In this document: piece after piece, positions 28,176 through 37,385 of the stretch | Layout: the number at the start of each line of letters is the position of its first letter | How positions within the stretch are numbered: the first letter of the stretch is position 1 | Virus record (IMG/VR): IMGVR_UViG_3300044641_005643 | Reading direction: 5' to 3' (one strand) | Length of the DNA stretch: 64,000 bases | From: a virus | Notes under the pieces: model-generated | Database searches by the model: none | What the model saw: the letters and a program-made list of their open reading frames with translations, nothing else | What the model was told of the DNA's origin: nothing | Translations under genes and position numbers: made by a program

Positions 28176-29151
28176 TTCGTTCTCCTTGGAAGTGTTGTTT
28201 AAGCTGAATAATTATTGGATCAAAAATTAATTTTTTAATATCGTTTGATATAAGTCTTTGTTGATTATATAGTCTTCTTTGATAAGTTTCAAATTTAATT
28301 TGTTCATGATCTAAAGTTGCTAAATGATCTAAGACTTTATGCATCTGAATAATTCGATGTTGCCAATCGTCGATGTTGTCATAGAATTGATGATCAACAA
28401 TATCATCAAATACATCAAATCCTAAATTTCTAAGAAGTTGCACAGCACCTTTTCTTGCGCATAATATTGGAATTTGTCCTACATGAAAAACTTTGTAGGT
28501 TTTTTCGCTAATATACAAATCCTCAACAGTATTTTCGGCAACAATATGAAATAGGCTTTCTTGGTACACTGGAAGATCAACAGCATACATAGACTCTACT
28601 ACATCAGTTTCAACAGTGGGCCATGTATAGTACTCTTGTTCAATTTGTTTAACAAATGAATAAAATTCTGTATCTTTTGCATACCAGTTAAGTTCAAATG
28701 GTGAATGTAATTTGAATTTAGAAATAAGAATTTGGTTAAAATATGATTTTTCTTTAAGTTTTAAATAGTTAAATATTTTTCCCGGGCGATAATTATTAAA
28801 ATTTCTTGATGCACAGGAAAAAAGATAATTTGTCTTAATTAGGCTAATATCTCTGATAATAATTGACTGAGTAAGCCACATAAACAAATAAATGCAGTAA
28901 TAAAATATATTGTTTTTTGGTTGAGTTATAAATTCTGTATCAAAAGTAAAAATAAAAACATTTGGTCCTATATTTTCCGGTATATCTAATTTACCATGGA
29001 ATTTATACAAAAAAATTATATCTTCTGTGGATGAATAGATATAATCTTCAACTGGAAAACATTGGGCCTTCTTTATTATCTCGAATAAATCTTTATCGTA
29101 GTTTTTAATGTATTGAACTAATGGTAAAAAATGAGAATTGTCAACCCACAT
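28165..29151 (-). CDS. glycosyltransferase-like protein (GT10-like C-terminus)
   Basis: HIVAEN...ISEKTYK...GFDVFDDIVDH.FYD; AT-rich; start uncertain. Confidence 0.5.
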   Translation of the reverse strand: MWVDNSHFLPLVQYIKNYDKDLFEIIKKAQCFPVEDYIYSSTEDIIFLYKFHGKLDIPENIGPNVFIFTFDTEFITQPKNNIFYYCIYLFMWLTQSIIIRDISLIKTNYLFSCASRNFNNYRPGKIFNYLKLKEKSYFNQILISKFKLHSPFELNWYAKDTEFYSFVKQIEQEYYTWPTVETDVVESMYAVDLPVYQESLFHIVAENTVEDLYISEKTYKVFHVGQIPILCARKGAVQLLRNLGFDVFDDIVDHQFYDNIDDWQHRIIQMHKVLDHLATLDHEQIKFETYQRRLYNQQRLISNDIKKLIFDPIIIQLKQHFQGERNGR

Positions 29152-29153
29152 TG

Positions 29154-29588
29154 TTAGATTTTTATTGATAGAGAGGGTTGATGAGTTGCGTAAGTGATAG
29201 TACAACCGTTTTCGTTGTCTTCACTTACACTGATTGTGACATCGCGTCCAGGATACCTGTCGGCAATTTGAATATACAAATCATCTGCGATCATTTCGCA
29301 GCTTTTGTAATCTAGTTCTAGAACCGCGTTCCCACCACTATACAGCCCTTCCAACCATCGTTTGAATTGGATGAACTCGATTTCCCGATCATTATGGAAC
29401 ACATCGATTGACACCCTAAAGTGGAAGATGTGACGATGAGGGTAACCAAGAAAACTAACGTCCGCAAGACCAGGATCCTCCAATGCTGCTGGGTATTTAT
29501 GAACGCCTTCCTTTTGAAAGGTAACCCATATTTGTCTTGCAGCACGGCCCATAATTCTATCAGCAGTTTCTCTTTGTTCTTGATTCAT
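29154..29588 (-). CDS. QueD-like T-fold protein, DpdL-like (putative CDG decarboxylase)
   Basis: LGYPHRHIF (LxxxHRHxF), REIEFI, SCEMIA, VSEDNENG; near the dpdA-like gene. Confidence 0.65.
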   Translation of the reverse strand: MNQEQRETADRIMGRAARQIWVTFQKEGVHKYPAALEDPGLADVSFLGYPHRHIFHFRVSIDVFHNDREIEFIQFKRWLEGLYSGGNAVLELDYKSCEMIADDLYIQIADRYPGRDVTISVSEDNENGCTITYATHQPSLSIKI

Positions 29589-30112
29589 CGAATAACCTCA
29601 TCGTTTGTGTATTTTGACCAATCAGTAAAACAATTTTCTCTTTGCATTAAATCGTGGACACTATGACACCAGACACCAGGATTGGTGCCTGCAAAGTCTT
29701 TGTCATCAAGTTTAATTGTAGCATTATATCCTAGTTGTTGTATATAGGGCAATTTAACCGATATCATTGGAATGAATTTGTGATATTCTGTCAAACTGGT
29801 TTCTCTCAATCCTTCTACTTCACTAACAGCTAGATCCAAAGTGCACCAATAACCGCGACTTATAAAAGGCATGATCATATTTTCCCAACGAGTCCAATCT
29901 GAACTAGTAGATCTTCCGTTTGGAAAACTTTGGTTAGCACCAAAATATATGTGTGTGCATTTATGTGCAATTGCTGCGGCGTCAATTAGGTCTTTGTCTT
30001 GTACGCCAACTACAAATAATGTTTTTTGGCCGTATGCAGGAGTGTGTTCAACTTCTGATCCTACAAAAAGTTTTGTATTCGTATGTCCTTGTCTATTCAT
30101 TACCGTATCCAA
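29585..30112 (-). CDS. hypothetical protein of the deazaguanine locus
   Basis: EVEHTP..G.KTLFVVG, HIYFGANQSF, KLDD.DF..TNPGVWCH. Confidence 0.8.
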   Translation of the reverse strand: MDTVMNRQGHTNTKLFVGSEVEHTPAYGQKTLFVVGVQDKDLIDAAAIAHKCTHIYFGANQSFPNGRSTSSDWTRWENMIMPFISRGYWCTLDLAVSEVEGLRETSLTEYHKFIPMISVKLPYIQQLGYNATIKLDDKDFAGTNPGVWCHSVHDLMQRENCFTDWSKYTNDEVIR

Positions 30113-30305
30113 TTCTTTGTGTGTCCTCTTCCCATTGTAGTCGATTTAGTTTGCTGATTTCATCTTTAAGCAGCAACTTTTTCTTTTTTAATTCTGCTAA
30201 ATGTTCTACATCAACTCCTGGATGATTTGTTTGCATTTCGTTTATTTGTTTGTCGAGTAATTTATGCATTTCTTCTAAATGTTTAATTCTACTTTTATAA
30301 CTCAT
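30093..30305 (-). CDS. DUF465/YdcH-like coiled-coil protein
   Basis: H..LD.QI...LKKKKL.LKDEI. Confidence 0.7.
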   Translation of the reverse strand: MSYKSRIKHLEEMHKLLDKQINEMQTNHPGVDVEHLAELKKKKLLLKDEISKLNRLQWEEDTQRIGYGNE

Positions 30306-30306
30306 A

Positions 30307-31845
30307 TCACTCCTCCAAATGAGATTGAATTAGATTTGATGCCTCTTGATCTGACATTTCATTTTCGTCATCTTCAACTACTTCAAACAGTGCATTGAAC
30401 ATTGTGTTACTGTTTTTGGTTTTTTTACCTTTAAATCCTCTTGTGCCAACAATGTCCATCCAATATCTTTCATAATGTTCAATGATAGATTCGGAAGTTG
30501 CTCTATCTGGTGCTGCAAATATAGCCTCAACAATGTCTTCAAATTTTGAATGATCACCATTGCGATACCATAACATGGCCGGTCTTTGTCCAGAATCAAA
30601 AGTTCTATTGGCTCGTTGCACACTTTCAATATGCATCCAAACATTATGACTCATCATTAATGCGTAACTAAAACTATCCCAACTGGTGCGACCTTCCTTT
30701 CCGTTTTTGTTTAGATCACCAGGCTTGTATATACAAACGTCTTTTATTGATAAATGCTTGCTAACGGGCGATTCATCAAACACATCAAAAATTCCATCCT
30801 GCAATACTGCGTCTCGAAATGTTCTGGTGTCTGTAGCGTATTTCTTGTCGTCGGCACTGGGTGACATTCTGTAACACCATTTTGCGTCATGAGGCAAGTC
30901 AATTTGATGATACATCTGTCCGTTGGCTGTGGCCAGAAACGGACTGGCACAATCAAAACTGATAGTAAAAGCAGGATTGACATACTTGCGTACTGCTCTC
31001 TGTACTACTGTTAATAATACTGCCCATTCTAATTTACTTGTTCCCAAAAAGTGCATCCAATCATGCACGCCTTCTTGAAGAAGGTTATCGTATTTTAACG
31101 CAATCAAACGTTTCAGCACAAGATGTATATCACACATGTTCTGTCCGCCCATAGCCCATCCGTCAAAATGTGTGTCTGGGTACTTGGCAGGATCACAAAA
31201 CTCTTTCATTTCTTCGTACCACTCATTGGCACTGGTATGATTGTCGCCTTGTAAAACATTTAAAAACTTTGCACCACCATTTTTCTTACCTCGACGATGC
31301 TGCATGAAATAGTTGTTGTTGAACTTTGTGGCATCAACGGCTTCTTCGAGTGTTGATATACCACAAGCGGCACTTGCCTTCTTGTCATGTATTACCCAGG
31401 TGGGAATATCAAGAATCATGCCATAATCAGCAATCCCATCGAGCCATTTAAGAACTGCTGAACGTTTTTTTTCAGCCTTGGCACAACCTGAGTTGGCACG
31501 CCAGTCACCTTCCCACAAGCCCTTGGCAATTTGGAATCCACCCGAATCACCTAGCATGAAAGTGCCGGGCTCGCGTTTGCGAACCATATCTTCACTGGCG
31601 TCTTCTTTGTTGAGATCTAGGTTGGCGTGACCACCTGAGTACAGACTCCATCTGTAAGGAAACAGGGCCTGTTGGCTGTTGAGCCAATTGAACTGTTCCA
31701 TGTCTTGTAACGCCGGTGGCATACGAGCAGGATCAACATAGTCATTACTAACACGTTGCTTTCCTATAAAAGTTGCGTAAAAACCAGAAATAGCAGGCAA
31801 GAACACTGCATAATCTGATTGTTTTACTGTTAAATTATCCTGCAT
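30307..31845 (-). CDS. TGT-family base-exchange transglycosylase (DpdA-like)
   Basis: GDSGGFQ, MILDIP, NVLQG, GWAMGG, HFLG, SFDCASP, HN; start moved to MQDNL. Confidence 0.8.
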   Translation of the reverse strand: MQDNLTVKQSDYAVFLPAISGFYATFIGKQRVSNDYVDPARMPPALQDMEQFNWLNSQQALFPYRWSLYSGGHANLDLNKEDASEDMVRKREPGTFMLGDSGGFQIAKGLWEGDWRANSGCAKAEKKRSAVLKWLDGIADYGMILDIPTWVIHDKKASAACGISTLEEAVDATKFNNNYFMQHRRGKKNGGAKFLNVLQGDNHTSANEWYEEMKEFCDPAKYPDTHFDGWAMGGQNMCDIHLVLKRLIALKYDNLLQEGVHDWMHFLGTSKLEWAVLLTVVQRAVRKYVNPAFTISFDCASPFLATANGQMYHQIDLPHDAKWCYRMSPSADDKKYATDTRTFRDAVLQDGIFDVFDESPVSKHLSIKDVCIYKPGDLNKNGKEGRTSWDSFSYALMMSHNVWMHIESVQRANRTFDSGQRPAMLWYRNGDHSKFEDIVEAIFAAPDRATSESIIEHYERYWMDIVGTRGFKGKKTKNSNTMFNALFEVVEDDENEMSDQEASNLIQSHLEE

Positions 31846-32461
31846 AAAATTTAATTGAGTTGATGAGTTTGTAATCTTCGACAAAATATTTTTCTAGATT
31901 ATAAAGGTATTTAGAATTTTGTTCAATGGCTTTTGTAAAAATAGTTTTAAACTTTTTTCTTTCCGGATCGTGATCTGAAATATGTTGATAATCATAATTG
32001 AAATACCTATTGTTCATATCTTTATCATTTAGAAACTTACTAAAATGCTGTCTGTAATTTTCGCCACACCAAAAAAAAGTACAATTGTTGAAATTTAATC
32101 CGTCAATGAATAGACTTTGTTTTTCGGTGTGATCGTCAAAAGCCACCCGATCAAATATGATGTCAAAAAAAGATTTTGAAAAATAAGCTGTATCAATTTT
32201 GGAATGATACAAACACATATATTCTGCCATGCCACTGATCCATCTTTCAACAGGATCGCGTAAAACAATTATTGCATGTTTAGAATATAAATTATCCTTA
32301 TGATAATTGTAAAATTCCCATCCCCAGTCTTTTAAGTTTGGTTTAGTCCATGAACTGGCATTTTTTGGAATATAGATATACATGGTATCTGTGTTTTGGT
32401 GACTCATACATTCACCAAACACATGACCTTTATTTTTGTAGTAATCTACAAACTGATTCAC
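31835..32461 (-). CDS. sulfotransferase-like protein
   Basis: YIYIPKNASS (5'-PSB loop), LRDPVERWISG (3'-PB motif), H...Q, DY. Confidence 0.65.
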   Translation of the reverse strand: MNQFVDYYKNKGHVFGECMSHQNTDTMYIYIPKNASSWTKPNLKDWGWEFYNYHKDNLYSKHAIIVLRDPVERWISGMAEYMCLYHSKIDTAYFSKSFFDIIFDRVAFDDHTEKQSLFIDGLNFNNCTFFWCGENYRQHFSKFLNDKDMNNRYFNYDYQHISDHDPERKKFKTIFTKAIEQNSKYLYNLEKYFVEDYKLINSIKFYAG

Positions 32462-33177
32462 TTGGTTTGCGCAGGCAATATGTAATTGTAAATTGCTAGA
32501 CCACTATCAACAGTGATCTGTGCAGCACCTTCATCACTGAAACGAATCATTTTGTCACCACTTAAACTTAGAATACTAATAACCGCACTCAATGGCCATG
32601 ACCATGCCTTGGTCAATGATCCTGCTACATCATGTGCAAATACAAAGTTACCTGCATGACTGCTATGATCGCCAAAGTAAAACATCAAGTTGTTGTTTTC
32701 GGTTTTGGCAATGAATGTTGTTTCTCCACTGTTGGCCTGTGCTTGGAATTTTAGGCGTTGGATAGCAGCAACACTGGGTTCAATCTCTACTCCCCACTTA
32801 ACACCTTTGAATTTTACTGTTTTGAGTTGATCATTCACAATCTCTGCACTCATAAAACGATAATCGTTTTTGAAATCACCGGCAGAATTTTCAAAGTGAA
32901 TGCCTGTTGGGGCTTCATCTTTTTTGGTAATAGACAATCTAGCGTCATCTCTGTATTCGGGAATATTGAGAATGGTATTAAGTTTTCCTAAGTTTGGCAT
33001 TCCAAATGTGCCAATAAATTCAGGCACAGGATTATGAAATTGTGCATTAACAATGACTGTACGTTCTTCGCTTAATGCTTCAACAGTGGTTGTGTTTTCA
33101 GTTCCAACTATTTTAACTAGATCAATAATTCCTAAATTATGTGTGTGTTGAACAATATCTTGTAGATAGTCTTTCAT
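32458..33177 (-). CDS. probable DNA polymerase sliding clamp (gp45-like)
   Basis: 239 aa two-domain alpha/beta pattern, FG..NL..L..IL; near PolB; clamp loader present in the window. Confidence 0.5.
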   Translation of the reverse strand: MKDYLQDIVQHTHNLGIIDLVKIVGTENTTTVEALSEERTVIVNAQFHNPVPEFIGTFGMPNLGKLNTILNIPEYRDDARLSITKKDEAPTGIHFENSAGDFKNDYRFMSAEIVNDQLKTVKFKGVKWGVEIEPSVAAIQRLKFQAQANSGETTFIAKTENNNLMFYFGDHSSHAGNFVFAHDVAGSLTKAWSWPLSAVISILSLSGDKMIRFSDEGAAQITVDSGLAIYNYILPAQTK

Positions 33178-33199
33178 GTGAGTCTCCGTAAATGTTAAT

Positions 33200-33229
33200 A
33201 TTTTAATACTTTGTTGAAGGTGTTGTCAA
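33200..33229 (-). promoter_or_regulatory. sigma70-like promoter
   Basis: TTGACA-N18-TAAAAT. Confidence 0.55.
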
Positions 33230-33240
33230 ATCTAAAAAGA

Positions 33241-34170
33241 TTAATTTTTTGTTTTAATCTCACCAGATGTTTGTGATAATTTGATTGATTTCAGCTGCCC
33301 TGGTTTTTTAAATTCAATTATGGAAAAGGCCGGGTTGGCATCATAACTAAAAGTAGTTTCAAATCCTAAACTTTCTGCCATTGGTTGTAAAATTGTTTTG
33401 GGCACATATGTCATAAAGAAGTTTTCTGCATAGGCAGCAGCAGCAGGAAGATCGGCATTGTTGTATGTAAAAATAATTTTTCCGCCAGGGCGTAACCAAT
33501 TCATTGCTTGATGCAAATACTGTTTGATACTATCTAAACTAAGATAGTTGAAATAGTTGTAGCTAAAAATTAGACCCAGCTGATTAGATGGCAAATTTAC
33601 TATTTTACAGTTTTCTACAATTTTGTACTTTCTTACCCTGCCTTGATAAAGATCTGGAAATTGCTGAACAGCTGACACTAAAAATTCATCAAAAGAGTCG
33701 GCTATGTACAGCGGATCGCTTGCAACCAAATATTTTGTCCATTCCCCATCTCTGCAACCAATCTCCAAAGCCGGATACTGCCAATTGCTGTATAAATTTA
33801 TTCTTTGTTTTAAAGCCAATTCAAAAATTTCGTCTTGAGCAATTTTTCTAATATTTTTAACTGTTTCTATTGAATTGCATGTCAATTCTAATTCATAGTT
33901 GTTGGAAAATAGTTTTTTAGCAAGAAGGTTTATTTTTTCTTGAGCATGACTTAACAAGCTCAAGATGTTGGATGATGTTGTGTCTAGATATTGTTTTACG
34001 TTTTTGTGCTCGTCGGCAATGGCCAATAGTTGTTGTTGTATTTCAGAATCAACTTTGTCTGTTAAATTTATAAATCGTTGATAGTTTTTATCAATTTCCG
34101 TAACAATCACAGAAGAATCATATGCTATCTGTAATTGATTACGAAAAGTAACAAGTTGTTCTAGATTCAT
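33241..34170 (-). CDS. class I SAM-dependent methyltransferase with an N-terminal coiled coil
   Basis: ALEIGCRDG motif I; LRPGGKIIF. Confidence 0.72.
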   Translation of the reverse strand: MNLEQLVTFRNQLQIAYDSSVIVTEIDKNYQRFINLTDKVDSEIQQQLLAIADEHKNVKQYLDTTSSNILSLLSHAQEKINLLAKKLFSNNYELELTCNSIETVKNIRKIAQDEIFELALKQRINLYSNWQYPALEIGCRDGEWTKYLVASDPLYIADSFDEFLVSAVQQFPDLYQGRVRKYKIVENCKIVNLPSNQLGLIFSYNYFNYLSLDSIKQYLHQAMNWLRPGGKIIFTYNNADLPAAAAYAENFFMTYVPKTILQPMAESLGFETTFSYDANPAFSIIEFKKPGQLKSIKLSQTSGEIKTKN

Positions 34171-34196
34171 CGAAGGCCATACTGTACAAAGATTAT

Positions 34197-36857
34197 TTAT
34201 TCAAACGTAAATAGGCTGTCAAATGTTGTTTTAATATCAGTATGCGAAGGAATATCCCACTCCAAAACTCCTAACAAGTTTTCCACTTTTTGATCCACAA
34301 TAGTGCCTTCCATCTCTGAATCGTCAAATGGCAACTCTTTGAACCAAGCGGGCAAGTGTGTTTCGTCTGTGGGATAACCAACTGATGTATAACCAAGGGG
34401 ATTGTCTTTGAGTTTGCACACAATAGTTTTCATACCATCCACAATGGCCATGCTGTAGTTGTCACTGTGCATTCTACGCAAATTGTTCCAGTTCATGGCA
34501 GCACGTACATGCCCGGGCATGTTGGCTCGACCCAGGCGTTCTTCTTCTTTGGTATATTTGGTCAAATTATTGACACGTTTAGGAGTACCTTTTTCCCAGG
34601 CCGGTCTATCTTGGAACGCAAGTTTAAAGTCTCTCACTTTGTTATAAACATGTTCTTGGGCTGAGCCTGTCAAGACATCAGTAAGCAAATCACTCAAGAA
34701 GTCCTGCACAACCTTGGGAGTGTCTGAACGCTTGAGATCCAGGCCCATGGCCTTGACCTTGCCTGGCTTGCCGTGTGTGTCTAATCTATGCCCTTCTAGA
34801 TCATATATGAGAACAGCGTATCGTTTCTTTTTTATAAACAATCCCTTACTTGCAACAAGTTCGCGTCCACCTTTAATAAGTTCGCCCATTGCTCTAGGCA
34901 CGTGACAAGCTCGCTCCATAAAGGCCGGGAAACTGGCATTGACTTGGTCGGCAATTGAATCATAGAGCTGGGCACAGATTTCTTTAGTCCATTCCATTCG
35001 CCCGGATTCAACTTCTTCTCTAACTGCTGGCCAAGCTGTGAAATAACATGAATCAGTGTCGCCATAGATAATACTTTTACCGACATGGTCGTACTCTCCG
35101 AATATGCACTCATTGATATACGCATCCATGTGTCTAGCGATGATCCGTCCAGTGAGCGTAGTACTTTGACCAATCCTTTTATCGAAAAATCTACAACCTG
35201 GATTGAGAATTGCTCCGTAGAGACTGTTAAGGTTAATCTTTTTGACAAGTTGTCGCTTGTCCCAGAACGCCTTGTCCTCATCTGTAGTGGCTTCTTTTTT
35301 CTTGGCTTGCAGTTCCTTACGTTCCGCATACCACCTTTCTAACAGTCCTGGTACAACTGCTTTTTGTTCATAACTAAAGATAGTTCCATTGGCACTCAAC
35401 ATCCAGGGTTGATTGCTGTCAAATATCATGCGCCAGACATCGGCAGCACTCATTACATCCGATCCACCTGCCTCCCAATCAACTGTGATTTCCGTGCCAA
35501 TTTCGCCTGCCATCACAGCAGTATATTCAAGACTACCAAACATGTTTTCCCAGGCATCTGCAAAGCTTGACCCTGCAGCCATTTTGTCTTGAATATATCT
35601 GTCGGTCATTATGGGCCGGAGTTGCCCGACAATCGACTCTTGTGCCATGTTAAGAGCGCGGATCGCTGACGGGTAGAGACTGTTGATGTCGATTGCGCCG
35701 ATCCAGTCGTGCATTCCTTTCTTGGGGAAAGCAACATAGGCACCTGCCGCTTGTGTGTCTCCTTGGTCATCTCTTCCTTTCCTGTTAGGTACAACCATAC
35801 CTCGTTGATGTGCTTCATTGATAATTGCTTGCTCGGTTACTGCTACAGCTCCCATTGTGGTTGGAAGCAATACTGTATTATCATGTGCCAGTTCATTGGC
35901 TAGATCTAGGAAACGCAGTTTCTTGTCTAGTTTAGCAACAAGCATGGTATCTTGCCTGTTGTAATCAATAAATTTAGGAAAGTCTTTGTTGTATAATTGG
36001 TCCAGTGTGCCTTCGTACTGTGTCTTGCGTTCTTCCAGTTCATATTCACCGATGGCATCCAGACTGTAACTGTGGCGTTCTTCGTATGTGTATTTGCGAT
36101 ACAGTTGCATATAGTCCATATGCACACGACCAATCAAGTCAAATGTGAGATTCTCTGCCCCAAAGCGTTCGAATGTTCTTTGTTTAGGCAGTTGCCCCCA
36201 CAAGCAAAATCTACGTGTGTCGTCTTTGTTCAGCACTCGAGTCACACGCATGACCATATAGGGAATATCAAAGCCTTCCGAGTTCCAACCACTTAGTATG
36301 TCAGCGTCATCAATTATATCTAGAAAAGTATTGAGTAAGTCTTCTTCACGTTCAAAGAGAAAACAGTTGTCATACTGATTGCAAATTTCTTGTGCCGTTT
36401 CCCAACTGTAACTCTTGGGTGGAACCACCAGTGTAACCAGTCGATCCATCCAGTCTAGATAAACACTTATTGCAGTAATAGGATTAAATGGATCCTCTGG
36501 CTTTGAGAAACCTCTTACCGGATCAAAATCTACCTCAATATCGAAAAAAGCAGTTTGTAGTTTAGGAGATTCTGCACCTAGATAATGTTCTTCTAGACAT
36601 CGGAACACTGGATTGATATCTGATTCCCAGACACGCTTGTTGCTATTGATGCGTAATTCTTTTTGAAATTCTTTATTCGAACGACATGAAAACCTACTAA
36701 CAGGAGTACCATAAACAGTACGAAATTTTCCGCGAGGGTCATCGTAGTAAAAGATATAGCTGGCCGGATATTCTTTATAACGTCGTTCTCCGCCAACACG
36801 TTCTACAATGTGGATACAATCCTGGTTACGATCATATAAAGCATCAATATAGCTCAT
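34197..36857 (-). CDS. family B DNA polymerase (gp43-like)
   Basis: Exo FDIEV, WNSEGFD, YNRQD; Pol DINSLYPS, KINLNSLYG, YGDTDS, KKKRYA. Confidence 0.97.
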   Translation of the reverse strand: MSYIDALYDRNQDCIHIVERVGGERRYKEYPASYIFYYDDPRGKFRTVYGTPVSRFSCRSNKEFQKELRINSNKRVWESDINPVFRCLEEHYLGAESPKLQTAFFDIEVDFDPVRGFSKPEDPFNPITAISVYLDWMDRLVTLVVPPKSYSWETAQEICNQYDNCFLFEREEDLLNTFLDIIDDADILSGWNSEGFDIPYMVMRVTRVLNKDDTRRFCLWGQLPKQRTFERFGAENLTFDLIGRVHMDYMQLYRKYTYEERHSYSLDAIGEYELEERKTQYEGTLDQLYNKDFPKFIDYNRQDTMLVAKLDKKLRFLDLANELAHDNTVLLPTTMGAVAVTEQAIINEAHQRGMVVPNRKGRDDQGDTQAAGAYVAFPKKGMHDWIGAIDINSLYPSAIRALNMAQESIVGQLRPIMTDRYIQDKMAAGSSFADAWENMFGSLEYTAVMAGEIGTEITVDWEAGGSDVMSAADVWRMIFDSNQPWMLSANGTIFSYEQKAVVPGLLERWYAERKELQAKKKEATTDEDKAFWDKRQLVKKINLNSLYGAILNPGCRFFDKRIGQSTTLTGRIIARHMDAYINECIFGEYDHVGKSIIYGDTDSCYFTAWPAVREEVESGRMEWTKEICAQLYDSIADQVNASFPAFMERACHVPRAMGELIKGGRELVASKGLFIKKKRYAVLIYDLEGHRLDTHGKPGKVKAMGLDLKRSDTPKVVQDFLSDLLTDVLTGSAQEHVYNKVRDFKLAFQDRPAWEKGTPKRVNNLTKYTKEEERLGRANMPGHVRAAMNWNNLRRMHSDNYSMAIVDGMKTIVCKLKDNPLGYTSVGYPTDETHLPAWFKELPFDDSEMEGTIVDQKVENLLGVLEWDIPSHTDIKTTFDSLFTFE

Positions 36858-36865
36858 AGTTTATT

Positions 36866-37000
36866 TTATTTTTTGTTAATAAAAAAGTCAAACAGTTTTT
36901 CACAACAAACAGCTACACGCAAACCAAGCCACATGCAACCAATAATACATATACCTAACAATGCCCAATAAAAAATTATTTCAAATAGAATCATCAACAT
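36866..37000 (-). CDS. 44-aa membrane peptide (not in the ORF track)
   Basis: MLMILFEIIFYWALLGICIIGCMWLGLRVAVCCEKLFDFFINKK; GAGG upstream. Confidence 0.45.
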   Translation of the reverse strand: MLMILFEIIFYWALLGICIIGCMWLGLRVAVCCEKLFDFFINKK

Positions 37001-37061
37001 TAGGTCAATAGCCTCGCCCAATCATCTCTAATGCATGCTAATATAATATATACAACATCAA

Positions 37062-37322
37062 TCAAAGAGTTTTACCTACAGTTTGAAGAATAGTGTTCAG
37101 TTCTTCGTTGTCGGCGTTTTCTTCGCCCAGTTTTGATTTGAATGCAGTACGTATCGCTTTTTTAAGAATAGCAGGCTTGATTTCCATTTCTTCTGCTACT
37201 GCTTTAATTGTGTCGCTCAGGCCGGCATTGAGATCTTCAACTTCTTGCATGATAGTCATGCCTTCATTGATGATTTGTGTAAGTTTGGCTTTTTGTTCTG
37301 CAGAGAACATTCTTGAACTCAT
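37062..37322 (-). CDS. T4 DsbA-like double-stranded DNA-binding protein
   Basis: 86 aa helical; KL..II.E...I.D.IK..AEE..IKP..L.K.I pattern; AGGAG SD. Confidence 0.6.
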   Translation of the reverse strand: MSSRMFSAEQKAKLTQIINEGMTIMQEVEDLNAGLSDTIKAVAEEMEIKPAILKKAIRTAFKSKLGEENADNEELNTILQTVGKTL

Positions 37323-37347
37323 AATATCTCCTGGATAATGTTTGATT

Positions 37348-37376
37348 ATTATAAACTACAAATAGGGAAAATACAA
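37348..37376 (-). promoter_or_regulatory. sigma70-like promoter
   Basis: TTGTAT-N17-TATAAT. Confidence 0.5.
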
Positions 37377-37385
37377 GAAAATTTT

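Noticed and set aside
34197-36857. Intein or intron in the DNA polymerase
   Set aside because: Continuous 886-aa ORF with all motifs and no splicing or homing-endonuclease signatures
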